Source: Haplodiscus bocki (Eukaryota). From it: a DNA stretch of 64,000 bases. Positions 25,401 through 40,400 of the stretch are shown here, piece by piece. The stretch lies in the NCBI GenBank assembly GCA_965655095.1, contig OZ296650.1, forward strand, positions 107,508,001-107,572,000. The letters run 5' to 3'. A model generated the notes under the pieces. That model had not been told where the DNA came from. It saw only the letters and a program-made list of their open reading frames with translations, and did no database searches. Numbering within the stretch: position 1 is the stretch's first letter; each line of letters opens with the position of its first letter. Made by a program: the position numbers and the translations under genes.

Positions 25401-28400
25401 CTTATTTTCGACCAAATTCATGAAACTGAAACTTCTGCTACTGTTGCGGGGGCCCTAATATTTCATAGAGCAATGTTGGATAAGCTGGATAAGCTTGGCA
25501 TTTAATCAAACATATTTAATTTCCGAGAAAATAGTATTAAATATTCAATACTATTTTCTCGGGAAAAAATATATTTAATGCAAGGCCAGATTTATTGAAG
25601 AACTGACTGAGAGGGGAGGGGGGCAACGTTGATCAAAAATACTATATGGTATTTTTGAACAACCCTGTCCCTCTCTCACTTCTTCAATCCCTGTTCACCT
25701 GTTGTCAAAACCCTATCACAATATAATTGCGATGTTTCCAAAATTACGGTTTAAGTGGGGGGGGGGGGGGTTGAAATGGGTGAATGATGGGGGACTGAAG
25801 ACGTAGGGGATTTGGTAGTTCCAATGACTTGAGTAAATAGAAACTCGAACCATACTGCTCAGCTGAGCATCAGTGGGGGGGGGGGGGGTAATAATTTTGT
25901 CAGTAGGGCTGCGGGAAATAACGGACAAAATCTAATCTGTTATTTTGAGTTTAATTTGATTCAACAAATGATTAATAAAGTTTTAGTAATTTTAGTAAAG
26001 AATAGCAATCAATTTGTTGATCAGAATTTATCGTATTTGAGATATAAATGTCAGAAACTAAATCTTATCGGCTACCGAATTCCAAAAATTGACGCAGAGC
26101 TTAGCTGGGACGTGCTCGCGTTTCTCTTTATGATGAAGTTTTCTATTCTGCTAAGTCTGCTGTGATTGGTTAATTCTGCCGCTTTCTGCTGGCGGCAGAT
26201 TTTCGCGTTGTCTGATTGTAGCGATGAATGCTTGAACATACTCGCGATTTCACTGTGTGCATGACAAATGGGATTTCCCCGTGTGCATGACAAATGGTGC
26301 AGGATAGAAGATCATGAGCTCGAACAGTTACTTAACATCAGGGGTCCGCAATCAAGAAATGGCGCAAAATATATCGCAATAGATCAGAGGTATGTTAACA
26401 ATAGCGGCAGCGACGCTATTAGACGGAATTTGTCAGCTGCTGAAAGCGATTGCTATTAGCGAATAAATTAAGTATTAGTGAAGCTATTAGCGGAAATTTT
26501 GCCTCATTTTGATGGGCTAGTGAAGTATCTCGGCTTTGAAAGTTTACTGAACCTAATTAAATTCTTCACGTATTCTACAGTAGTTTTCTAAAAGAATGGA
26601 GCTCCTATGCATAAATTGACCAAATTTAATCTGCTTATTTTTCAAAAATGTGTCCAATTGCGCATATAATTGCTATTTTTGTACACTGAACTTTGAAGTT
26701 TCATGTTTTAAGATAGGTTGTACGATTTGTATTTTGAAAATTTGCGAAATCAATTCCAAAATTTAATTTCTACAGTCAGAATATATTACAGGATTCAAGA
26801 AATTCTGGGGGAATTTTTGTGGTACATAATTTTTCGAAAAAAAAATTTTCAAACTTGGTCAAACTTCAAAAAACGATAGAGATTACCAAAATTGGCAAAT
26901 ATTAACCAATGAGATTGCGAATTGGGAGCAAATAACGAGATCCTATTGGCTGAGAAGTGTCAGTGAACGCTCTTTAGCTCCATCCTTTTAAAACACTACT
27001 GTAAATTGCAGTGTCCAGCTACAAAATACATTCAGGGACCTAATTCAAGCTGTGTTGGCTTGCGCTCTCTTAAGTGCTGCGGTGGAGACTTTTTTCTGTT
27101 GCTGGTTCCTTGAAACTGCACGGCGAAATCGTTTGGGTGCTAGTAATTTGTCGAACATTATGATCATTAAGCAGAACCAAAATACTTGATAATCAAATGA
27201 ACTTTGGCAAAAATTAGCGGTTCATTAGCGGGAGAGGGTAGCGGTGTCTAGTTAATAGTAGTTGTTTATATAGCGGCAGTAGGTAATAGCAGTTTTTTCA
27301 TTAGCGAAGCACACCTCTGCAATAGATGAATGTCATTTTCTGAAAAATTCAGAGAAAAATAATTAACAGATTACCCATAATTCTTTTTTTGACACGAAAA
27401 TGGTATGACAAATATAGAAACTAACTACGATATATGCTATTCAACACTGTCATAGTTAGTTTTCAAATTTTTGTTCATTCGAGGTTCTCATCTGATTTCC
27501 AATCATTTAGCATGAATCAATGTGAATTTTTTAAATGGAACCCTGTCAGCTGAGAAATACCACCATCTTTGAGGTAACTATTGGGAGCAGTGCTCTGAAA
27601 TTATTTTTTTCTGGTACATTTATTTTTAGCTATCAATATGAAATAAACTAATTTATTGGTTACAACAAAAATAGAAAATACAATACTGCGGACCCCTGGC
27701 CAGGATGATTTTAATTTGCTTGTCCTGGTGAGGTGAAGAGATGAAAACCCGCATGTAGAGGTTGTGGACTGGGATCTCGGCCTACTGCCCTTTACCGTTC
27801 TTCAGCTGACTTTTAGCATTTAGTTGTTTAGAAGATCTAATGTATATAAAGTTCTTTGTAATATTAACCATAGAAACGAGAGTAAGTCTCAGATACTGAT
27901 GTTGTTTAGAGACTTATCGTTCAAGAGGGGCGACTTGATTGTTCTGTTGCGCCAACTGGATGAACATTGGTTCTTGGGAGAGGCTGCAAATAGTCAGGGC
28001 ACCTTTCCTGTCAACTATGTGCAAGTGATCAACCCTCTCGTAGGGCCATTGTGCAAAGCTTTGTTCAATTTCGAAGCGAAGCCTGTCGAAGAACTGAGCC
28101 TAAACTCAACTCCGAATCTCTGCCTTTACTTTTCGAAAGTTAGACTTTCGTAGTAGTATTGATTTTGAGATTTTTGTCGCTACTACTAGATACTGAACTT
28201 TCCCATGCAATAACAACCTGGGAAAGTTTGAGTCTGTACTGTCTTAGTGCTTGAAATATGAAAAGGTGTATCATAAAAATTTCATTTTCGGAAAAAAAAT
28301 GGAGCGTCAGTAGGATAGGGATTCACGTGTTTTTTTTTCACGGGTCGATCCCGGGATTGCGTTAATCTTTTCGCGGGTGAATCTTTTGTCTCTCTCTGAA

Positions 28401-31400
28401 TGTTTTCTCAGGTGATTCTCTACAAGATTCTTTTGCAAAAAGACTGAAGGAGACAAAATTCACCCGCGAAAAGATTCACGCAATCTTGGGATTGAACTGC
28501 GAAAACCATGTGAATCCTCATTGGTGAAAAAAATGAGAGTTATCGAAACAATCGCGGTGAAATCTAAGACGACGGTTGATACGTTTTTAGTGCTCCAAAG
28601 GGGTTATCTTTTGATTATATATCACATGACTACGTTCACGATAATGCACAAGTAGCTCAGATGGTACAACCATTTGCTATGGTTCTGAAGTTTGAGGGTT
28701 CGAATCCGAAAGCCGGCAAGAGTTTATTCTCCAAAATAGATTAACAGCAGGGAAAGTCTGAACAACAGTGAAATCGGTTTTTTAGCACCGTATAGTTGCA
28801 AGTATTTATCAATTAATTCGACAATGGATTGCAAACAGCTGCATTTCAAGATAGTGACAATAACTCGCTCTTTTAACAACTTTGGTTTCAATTTATTTGA
28901 CACATCATCAAGGAGAAAAATAAACCATTGGACTCTGATACGTTCGACTACGACCAACACGACTATTTATCATCTGACGGTTCGCCGGAATATGACGGTT
29001 TTTGTCTGAACGACTGTTTGTTTCTTCACTTTAGACACAAAAGGGGTTGCTTGCATTTGCCCATACTCATATGAAGGTCGAAGGTGTGATAAGTATATGA
29101 GGTAAAAGGTAAACACAGCACTATAGACCCATTTCATCGAGTAAAACGTGCCTTAGCTGTCGCAGAACTTTCATTATCTTCTGTCTGATAACGAAAAACC
29201 GATTTTGAATTTCTTTGTTAGTTCGCAATAAAAACAACTCGGGGAGGTACAGATGTCTCGTTCCGAGATTACTATGAGGAATCTCAGAGTTGAAAACAGA
29301 AATGAGGACAACAGAATTCGCTTCGGAACGTGTAAGAAACTTTCTTATTGGCTTATGCAATCAACTTTACCCATTGCTCGATATTGAAATTTTAAAGAGG
29401 GCATGTCCACCATTTATATCGGCGAGTTCTGATTGGTTGTTCAAAGGGTCTAGAACCTGTCGACTTTTCTGTTTCTTGCAAGCCGTAGCAAAGTTGACAG
29501 CAAATTATAGTGAAGTCTTTGGATAGAACCTTACGAGCAATCGACGGTCAATTTATTTTATTTAGCAATTTCAATCAGAATTCTACACCGAGAACTCTTT
29601 ACTTCTTTGTCATGCTAACACCTCAAACAGTTATTGATTTCGAGGGCTTTCGTTTTTTAAATCAACTGTTCACTATCAAAGAGTTATCTGTTCGGAGTTT
29701 TGACTATAACGAAACAATTCTCCTGAAGCCAGCTTATCCAATCCAAATAGTCTGTCAAGGCACAGAAAAGTTTTACTTGGGTTACGAATAATATACACAG
29801 TTTGAACTGGGACTCTCGAATTTACGAATATTCCTTCTCTACTGTTTCTTTCTGAGCTTGAAAATCCGTTTCCCAAACATCATTCAGTTACGCCGAAGGT
29901 AACGAAAAGTTGTTGTTTCTACGAAACTTCTTCAGCCAGGTCATTGATTTGGATAATCTTTTATGTCCCAAAGCGTCCGATTTCCAGCAGAACTGGGCCC
30001 ATTTGTCTCAATTACCAAGCTTTTTTTTCGAGACATTATTGCTCACGGGAGAAATCAAACTTATTTCATCTTTGGCTAAGTTAGTGTCAGCAGAACGCTT
30101 ATGTCTACTGCTTCCCAAAACAAAAAAAACTAGGATAACTTATTCCTCACCCTGTCCCCGAGTTTAACCATATCAGTATCAAAAACCAAAGAGGTCATTA
30201 TAAAGAAAACACTGAAAACATTACGATTGAACTCGTGAAAGGAAAGTTTCGACAAGTTGGATTGCATGAATTATTGCGAAAGGCAGTCATCCATTCATCT
30301 TATGCTGATTTCTTTCAGCTGAAGTCGAGTACCGATTCCATTCACTCTTCTCTGAACTTAATAGGAAATCATGTCAATTGCCCGATTGAAGCAGCTGATG
30401 AAAGACAACAACATTAAGACTCTTAACCTTCCGCCACTTCCTAAACCTACAATTCTATCTGGTAAAGAGGATCCCCGGTTGCCCGAGCGAATCTTGAATG
30501 AGCTAAAGACAGAGACGACATTGCCGAAATTGCTGTTTTCCTGAACACGTCTAGAAACCGAAAGAAGCAGTAGAGTAACTCTGAATTAGTGCGATGATTC
30601 TAATATTTGTCTTTTACATATTCGTTGAGTTCCAATATGACCGAATCAGGTCCTACAGTTTTTTGTCTACCTTCGCTTGTGAAAGCGACCGGTTTGACAA
30701 ATGAAAGAGAAGAACGCGCATATACTGAAGCATTGGCGAAACAAGAAGTAAAAGAAAGTTTCCTGAAGAATTTTATGTAACTGTAGCGCAGATGAAGTGA
30801 AATTTCTCTGTGAATGCGCCCTGGATTTAGTTAACGGTAATATTCCTTAGTCGATCGCGTAGTCATCTATGAAAAAGGGCGGAAAGTAGCGTGCAATGCA
30901 AAGACATGTGACAAGAAAAGACGACGAATTCTTACCTCTAACAAAGCGATCAAATTGATCCGGGAGGAGATCACTTGTCCAGTGGTCTGATAAAGGAAAT
31001 GAGTTCAAGGGAGCTTTCAAAAAGTTCTGTTAAAGCAAAAACATTGACACTTACACCACAAAAACTGAAGCGAAATCGGCATTCGCAGAGTGGAATATTC
31101 GATCTCCCAAAAGATCATTTACAAACATTTGGAGAACAGATGGTTTTCTCGCTTCATAAACGACTTGCAGTCTTAACACAATCAATTATCGAATCAATCG
31201 CGTAACAGGATTGGCAGCCATCAAGGTCTCCGCGTAACATGTAACAAACTGGGCTACACAGATAGCGCAACAGTTGAGTTGATTGGTCCGAAAATCAAAC
31301 TGGAAACCAGGAGACAAAGTTCGAATAGCGAAGGAAGATGTGCCGTTCAATAAAGGGTACAAACAACGGTTCACTGACGAAATCTTCCAGATTACTGGAA

Positions 31401-34400
31401 TTGCTACCTTCAACCTTCCCACTTTTTTGCTGGGTGACTCTAAAAGAGGAGACATTCAACGGAAGTTTTGTGAGCCAGAGTTGACAAAAACTCGTTAGAA
31501 ATGGATGAATTTGACATATATTTAGAGTCAGCCGGTTCAACGGAAACTTATCAACAAAACACAATGACATGCTTGCGAAACCTGCTCACAGAACCTTTAC
31601 AACTAGAAGGAGATTGGAGAGTGGCTTTGGCAGAAATATTTTCCCCAAAGAGTATCAAGAATGTTTCCACCATAGACTACTTCGTATACACACCAAAAAT
31701 TCCTTTCAATATTTCACCATCAACTGGCAATACAAGCTCAGGAAGCGAAATGGTAGAACATGAAGATTAGTCAAACAATGCAACTGTTTGTGATGGTCAA
31801 TACAAAATTGTCAAGGATGTTGTCGCGCGTTTAGATTTGGCTGTTGCTAAAAGCACGAGGCCCATTGTTAATTCTAGCACTGAAGAAAGCGGTGTAGAGT
31901 TCAACTTTGCAGATGGTTATGGAATAAGTCTTCATGACAGAAGTCTTTTTGCTGTATTGAAGTCAAGGGAGTGCCGTATCTCAACCGAGATGGGTGTTTT
32001 ACTGGTAACAATGAGAAAGTGAAGAAGCAAACATAACCAATCAATGGTAATTATCCGGCAGACTTTACAACAGGAACCAACATTTTCGTTCACTATGATA
32101 TCCTTGAGCTCCACCATACAGCTGGAACTAAAGCACCTGATCTCCCTGTCATTAATACAGAAAGACGTCTAACAAACGGTAACCTACAAATCACGACTGC
32201 AACGAAACATAAATCGTTTGTAGAAGTGCAGTTTAAGAAGCTAGTTTTGGACGCAGTCCGGGAAATATGTATTGAATTAGTTGCAGGGTCTGAAGGCTAC
32301 GTCCCACTTGTCGTAATCAGTCGTGTTGCGATATCATTAAAGTTTCTTTAAGTTCTAAAACTGCAGTCTTATTTTTCCTGGCCCGCTTTCATGCCTCACT
32401 TATCGGGCCACTTAAGACAGAGAGAAAGCGGTTTGGGATTCTTAGCCGCTGGAGTTGGACGGGTTGCGTTACCTTTCGCAATAAAAGTACTTCTACCAGC
32501 TGTCTAATCAATAGGGAAGGAGTAACTACCGCAATTCATGGATGTAACCACGAAAAAAATCTCCCAAATAAGCAGTGAAATCAGCTGTGAAAAGAACAGC
32601 AGAAGCAAATCGGAAGAAGTGCAATAATCAGGAAGAGTAGGCCTGTGAAAAGAAACAGAGAAACAGTAGACGAAAAAACAAGCTACAGAGAAGTGGCGCA
32701 AATATCTGTTCACGAGTAAAAAATGTTACTAACGTTTTAACCGTTGAAGCACCACGCAGTTCATTGGATACTTTTGATCGTCCCCTTTTTTTAAATTACC
32801 TTCAATACATCATTCGAGCAGAAAATTGCTCCAGTGTTTGCTGAAAATGGACCCACACTGCAGTTTGAAGTAGTTGGAGATGGAACGAATTTCATCGATT
32901 CACCTGCCTCAGTGAAATGTAGGATTCTCAGACCTAATGGTGACAAACTGCTATACGATGCAACTAATGCTGCGGCAACTAAATAAACATTCTTTGTCAA
33001 TAGTACTTTACATTCTCTTTTCTCTGGGTGTAGTATTACTGCGAATAGCATCAAAAACTCTGCTAGTGGCACGTACGCCCAAAAAGCTCTCATTGAGACA
33101 GAATTTTCACACAACAAGCAAGCAAAACCTACTTGGTTGAAATGTCAGGGATATCCCTATGAAGATCAGCCTGATGACTACCAAATTAGTTTTCACCGCA
33201 AGGACAGCTGAAGCGTGGGAGTCCGCAGATGACTTTCATTGGAAGAATTGCGTCGCATTTTTTTAATCTGATGATAAACACCTGATAAGTGGAGCTACAC
33301 TGTGATTTTCGTTCCTCAGAAACCGAATTGAATGTGCAATAAATCACGATGATGAAACAAGAATATAAGCTCGAGATTGCAAGCCAATTTATTTATTCGA
33401 AAAATGACTGAGTGACAATGTTCGCTCAGCAATTGGGACTACATTAACCAAAACCCCTGCTCTTCACCGTTATACTGAGATCATACCCAAAATGTTTCCC
33501 ATTTCCACAGTGGTGCAGCGTTGGAGTCATGAAGATGTTTTCGCCAGGGAGCCCATTCCAAGGTCTGCAATAGCTATCACAACAAATAAGGCTTTTTCGG
33601 AAGCTAAGCGCATAAATCCTTTCCATTTCCCGAAATTCAATCTGATCAGCATTACAGTTCATCGTAATGGTTATCTTTTTGCCGGAACTCCACTCCAAAT
33701 AGAATGATAAGAGACAGTACTATAATTCGCTCAAAGCTCTCGTTTTTACATAACATGATAATGGAGTTCCTTACAGCAACTGTGTTAATCAGGATATTTT
33801 ACTGTTCGACTTAACCAGCACACAACAAGCGTCATATGATTATCTTTACCCACATATGTCAAAGGGATCCATTTCGATTAGCTCAAGGTTTTCAGGACAA
33901 ATGGCGAACAGTGTAGAAGTGTTTTTCCCAGGTGAACGGTCTTCTGCTGTTTACCTTGACTCTTCTCAGAAGGTTTCCACGAATATCTTCTTGAACACAA
34001 AGCTGGAAACCAAGCGTTGATGAATGGTACCCAGTTTTTACTACAGATTACGAAGTGTAGGTACCTGAGACATAGATTCGTGGTTGTGTTCTTTATAGAC
34101 ACTTTTCCTATCCTACTCATTGAGAACGCATCCTTTAATGTGAATCTGAAAATTCTGATGAGGAAGGGAAGCATTGGCTTTTATTAAGTAAGAAAGACGG
34201 AGTCTGTCTGTTCGGTGACGCATTGGGCTGACGCTGGGCGCCTATTCAAAAACCTCTTCAACCACCTACATCGAATTCATGTGGACTTATTGTATAAACA
34301 TTGCTCATTTTATTTTCAGTGGTTACTACCCTGTGATGCCGCTGTTCGATGATGAGCGCTATTTAGGATTTGTAAAACTCTCAAACTTTTCATTTATCTT

Positions 34401-37400
34401 CGCTCTCGTTAAATTTAATAATTTTTCGTTATCTTTTTTTTTCAATACAGGATGAATGAAAATCAAAAGCTAGCATTTCATTGTTTATAGCACTAAAGCC
34501 AGAAATGAAGATATCAGCAATCCTGTAAATTGAGGCTGCATGTTGACCATCAAGTACCAGGTTTAGTCTACTGAGAAGAACTGGAGACAAGTCGCTGGTT
34601 TTTGCTGATCTTTTATTTCTGTTTCTCAGTACGGGGACTCGTTTGAGTATTCGTTTTGTGTTGGACAAACGGGCTCCTGTCCAAATTCCTGTTTTATGTC
34701 ACTGCTCGATTAATTTTTTTCAAATGTTTCACCGTTCAACTTCAGATAACTAGCGGTGGGTATCATAGCCGAGAAAGTTGAGTGTAAGCATGACACAGCG
34801 TACCCGTTTCCTCGCTTTTGAAATTTGGACTTTGTTTCCAAGAGAAGTATTTTGCGGTTTTGCTCAATGTCACTGTATTTGTTTTTCTCAGTGTCAGCCA
34901 AAAGCGCAACAGATGTCGTTTCCAAAGTCTTTACCCTCACGCTGTTGTTCAAAACTAATATGATACCGATAGTTTTTCTCAAACGTCTTGAGAAAATCGG
35001 GCGTTTGTTCGTACATTGCCTCAAGGATTTTCCGAATCTGAAAAGAATTATTTATTGGAGCTACACTGTGATTTTCGTTCCTCAGAAAACGATCTGAATG
35101 GGCAATAACTCACGATGATGAAGCAAGAATATAAGCTCGAGATTGCAAGCTAACGTATATATTCGAAAATTGACAGTGAGTGACAATGTCTGCTCAGCAA
35201 TTGGGACTACATCAAGCAAAATCCCTGCTCTTTACCGTTATACTGAGACCATACCCAAAATCTCTCTCATTTCCACAGTGGTGCAGCGTTGGAGTCACGA
35301 GGATGTATTCGCCAGGTAGCCCATTCGAAGGTTTGAATTAGCTATGACAACAAATGAAGCTTTTCCGGAAGCTGAGCGCATAAATCCTTTCCATTTCCCG
35401 AAATTCAATCTGAACAGCATTACAGTTCATCGTAATGGTTATCTTTTTGCCGGAACTCCACTCCAAACAGAATGATAAGAAACAGTACTCTAATTCTCTC
35501 AAAGCTCTGGTTTTTGGATAACATGGTAATGCAGTTCCTTACAGCGACTGTGTTAATCACGATTTTCTACTGTTCGACTTAACCAGCACACAACAAGCGT
35601 CATATGATTGTCCTTACCCACATATGGCAAATGGATCCATTTCGATTAGCTTATGGTTTTCAGCACAACTGGCGAAAAGTGTAGAAGTGTTTTTCCCAGG
35701 TGAACGGGCTTCTGCTGTTTACCTTGACTCTTCTCGGAAGGTTTCCACGAATATCTTCTTGAACTCAAAGCTGGAAACCAAGCGTTGAGGGATAGTGCCC
35801 AAATTTTACTACAGATTACGAAGTGTAGGTACCTGAGACATAGGTTCGTGGATGTGTTCTCTATGGATACCTTTCCTATCCTACTCAACGAGAACGCATA
35901 CGTTATTGTGAATTCCGAATCTTCTGAAGAGGAAGGGAAGCATTGGCTTTTAATAAGTAAGAAAGACGGAGTCTGTCTGTTCGGTGACCCATTGGGCTTA
36001 CGCTGGGCGCCTATTCAAAAACCTCTTCAACCGCCTACATCGAATTTAGGTGGACTTTATTGTATAAACGTTGCTCCTTTTTTTTTCAGTGGTTACTCAC
36101 CTGTAATGCCGCTGTTCGATGATGAGCGCTATTTAGGATTTGTAAAACTCTCAAACTTTTCATTTATCTTCGCTCTCGTTAAATTTATTAATTTTTCGTT
36201 ATCTTTTTTTTTCAATACAGGATGAATGAAAATGAAAAGCTAGCATTTCATTGTTCATAGCACTAAAGCCAGAAATGAAGATATCAGCAATCCTATAAAT
36301 TGAGGCTGCATGTTGACCATCAAGTACCAGGTTTAGTCTACTGAGAAGAACTGGAGACAAGTCGCTGGTTTTTGCTGATCTTTTATTTCTGTTTCTCAGT
36401 ACGGGGACTCGTTTCAGTATTCGTTTTGTGTTGGACAAACGGGCTCCTGTCCAAATTCCTGTTTTACGTCACTGCTCGATTAATTTTTTTCACATGTTTC
36501 ACCGTTCAACTTCAAATAACTAGCGGTGGGTATCATAGGCGAGAAAGTTGAGTATAAGCATGACACAGCGTACCCGTTTCCTCGCTTTTGAAATTTGGAC
36601 TTTGTTTCCAAGAGAAGTATATTGTGATTTAGCTCAATAACACTGTATTTGTTTTTCTCAGTGTCAGCCAAAAGCACAACAGATGTCGTTTCCAAAGTCT
36701 TTACCCTCACGCTGTTCTTCAAAACTAATATGATACCGATAGTTTTTCACAAACGTCTTGAGAAAATCAGGCGTTTGTTCGTACTTAGCCTCAAGCATTT
36801 TCAGAATCTGAAAAGAAATATTTCGTGGAGCTACACTGTGATTTTCGTTCCTCAGAAAACGATCTGAATGGGCAATAACTCACGATGATGAAGCAAGAAT
36901 ATAAGCTCGAGATTGCAAGCTAACGTATATATTCGAAAATTGACAGTGAGTGACAATGTCTGCTCAGCAATTGGGACTACATCAAGCAAAATCCCTGCTC
37001 TTTACCGTTATACTGAGACCATACCCAAAATCTGTCTCATTTCCACAGTGGTGCAGCGTTGGAGTCACGAGGATGTATTCGCCAGGTAGCCCATTCGAAG
37101 GTTTGAAATAGCTATGACAACAAATGAGGCTTTTCCGGAAGCTGAGCGCATAAATCCTTTCCATTTCCCGAAATTCAATCTGAACAGCATTACAGTTCAT
37201 CGTAATGGTTATCTTTTTGCCGGAACTCCACTCCAAACAGAATGATAGGAAACAGTACTCTAATTCGCTCAAAGCTCTGGTTTTTGGATAACATGGTAAT
37301 GCAGTTCCTTACAGCGACTGTGTTAATCACGATATTCTACTGTTCGACTTAACCAGCACGCAACAAGCGTCATGATTATCTTTACCCACATATGGCAAAT

Positions 37401-40400
37401 GGATCCATTTCGATTAGCTCAAGGTTTTCAGGACAACTGGCGAAAAGTGTAGAAGTGTTTTTCCCAGGTGAACGGGCTTCTGCTGTTTACCTTGACTCTT
37501 CTCGGAAGGTTTCGACGAATATCTTCTTGAACTCAAAGCTGAAAACCAAGCGTTGAGGGATAGTACCCAAATTTTACTACAGATTACGAAGTGTAGGTAC
37601 CTGAGACATAGGTTCGTGGATATGCTCTCTATGGATACCTTTCCTATCCTACTCAACGAGAACGCATACGTTATTGTGAATTCCGAATCTTCTGAAGAGG
37701 AAGGGAAGCATTGGCTTTTAATAAGTAAGAGAGACGGAGACTGTCTTCGGTGACCCATTGGGCTTACGCTGGGCGCCTATTCAAAACGTATTCAACCGTC
37801 TACATCGAATTTAGGTGGACTTTATTGTATAAACGTTGCTCTGTTTTTTTCAGTGGTTACTACCCTGTAATGCCGCTATTCGATGATGAGCGCTATTTAG
37901 GATTTGTAAAACTCTCAAACTTTTCATTTATCTTCGCTCTCGTTAAATTTAATAGTTTTTCGATATCTTTTTTTTTCAATACAGGATGAATGAAAATGAA
38001 AAGCTAACATTTTTTATAGCACTAAAGCCAGAAAAGAAGATATCAACAATCCTATAAATTGAGGCTGCATGTTGACCATCAAGTATCAGGTTTAGTCTAC
38101 TGAGAAGAACTGGAGACAAGTCGCTGGTTTTTGCTGATCTTTTATTTCTGTTTCTCAGTACGGGGACTCGTTTGAGTATTCGTATGTGTTGGACAAACGG
38201 GCTCCTGTCCAAATTCCTGTTTTATGTCACTGCTCGATTAATTTTTTTCAAATGTTTCACCGTTCAACTTCAAATAACTAGCGGTGGGTATCATAGGCGA
38301 GAAAGTTGAGTGTAAGCATGACACAGCGTACCCGTTTCCTCGCTTTTGAAATTTGGACTTTGTTTCCAAGAGAAGTATTTTGCGGTTTTGCTCAATGTCA
38401 CTGTATTTGTTTTTCTCAGTGTCAGCCAAAAGCACAACAGATGTCGTTTCCAAAATCTTTACCCTCACGCTGTTCTTCAAAACTAATATGATACCGATAG
38501 TTTTTCACAAACGTCTTGAGAAAATCGGGCGTTTGTTCGTACATAGCCTCAAGCATTTTCCGAATCTGAAAAGAATTTTTTAGTGGAGCTACACTGTGAT
38601 TTTCGTTCCTCAGAACCGACCTGAATGTGCAATAACTCACGATGATGAAACAAGAATATAAGCTCGAGATTGCAAGCCAACTTATATAATCGAAAATTGA
38701 CAGTGAGTGACAATGTCTGCTCAGCAGTTGGGACTACATTAACCAAAATCCCTGTTCTTTACCGTTATACTGAGACCATACCCAAAATCTCTCATTTGCA
38801 CAGTGTTGCAGCGTTGGAGTCACGAGGATGTATTCGCCAGGTAGCCCATTCGAAGGTTTGCAATAGCTATGACAACAAATGAGGCTTTTCCGGAAGCTGA
38901 GCGCATAAATCCTTTCCATTTCCCGAAATTCAATCTGAACAGCATTACAGTTCATCGTAATGGTTATCTTTTTGCCGGAACTCCACTCCAAACAGAATGA
39001 TAAGAAACAGTACTCTAATTCGCTCAAAGCTCTGGTTTTTGGATAACATGGTAACGCAGTTCCTTACAGCGACTGTGTTAATCACGATATTCTACTGTTC
39101 GACTTAACCAGCACACAACAAGCGTCATATGATTATCTTTACCCACATATGGCAAATGGATCCATTTCGATTAGCTTATGGTTGTCAGCACAACTGGCGA
39201 AAAGTGTAGAAGTGTTTTTCCCAGGTGAACGGGCTTCTGCTGTTTACCTTGACTCTTCTCGGAAGGTTTCCACGAATATCTTCTTGAACTCAAAGCTGGA
39301 AACCAAGCGTTGAGGGATAGTACCCAAATTTTACTACAGATTACGAAGTGTAGGTACCTGAGACATAGGTTCGTGGATGTGCTCTCTATGGATACCTTTC
39401 CTATCCTACTCAACGAGAACGCATACGTTATTGTGATTTCCGAATCTTCTGAAGAGGAAGGGAAGCATTGGCTTTTAATAAGTAAGAAAGACGGAGTCTG
39501 TCTGTCCGGTGACCCATTGGGCTTACGCTGGGCGCCTATTCAAAACATATTCAACCGCCTACATCGAATTTAGGTGGACTTTATTGTATAAACGTTGCTC
39601 ATTTTTTTTCAGTGGTTCCTACCCTGTAATGCCGCTATTCGATGATGAGCGCTAATTAAGATTTGTAAAACTCTCATAAACTTTTTATTTATCTTCGCTC
39701 TCGTTAAATTTAATAATTTTTCAATTTCTTTTTTTTTCAATACAGGATGAATGAAAATGAAAAGCTAGCATTTCATTGTTTATAGCACTAAAGCCAGAAA
39801 TGAAGATATCAACAATCCTATAAATTGAGGCTGCATGTTGGCCATCAAGTATCAGGTTTAGTCTACTGAGAAGAACTGGAGACAAGTCGCTGGTTTGTGC
39901 TGATCTTTCATTTCTGTTGCTCACTACGGGGACTCGTTTGAGTATTCGTATGTGTTGGACAAACGGGCTCCTGTCCAAATTCCTGTTTTATGTCACTGCT
40001 CGATTAATTTTTTTCAAATGTTTCACCGTTCAACTTCAAATAACTAGCGGTGGGTATCATAGGCGAGAAAGTTGAGTGTAAGCATGACACAGCGTACCCG
40101 TTTCCTCGCTTTTGAAATTTGGACTTTGTTTCCAAGAGAAGTATTTTGCGGTTTTGCTCAATGTCACTGTATTTGTTTTTCTCAGTGTCAGCCAAAAGCA
40201 CAACAGATGTCGTTTCCAAAGTCTTTACCCTCACGCTGTTCTTCAAAACTAATATGATACCGATAGTTTTTCACAAACGTCTTGAGAAAATCGGGCGTTT
40301 GTTCGTACATAGCCTCAAGCATTTTCCGAATCTGAAAAGAATTTTTTAGTGGAGCTACACTGTGATTTTCGTTCCTCAGAACCGACCTGAATGTGCAATA

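Noticed and set aside
25520-25565. Hairpin CCGAGAAAATAGTATT/AATACTATTTTCTCGG
   Set aside because: Probably a small fold-back relic in an intron; single copy, with no TSD identified.
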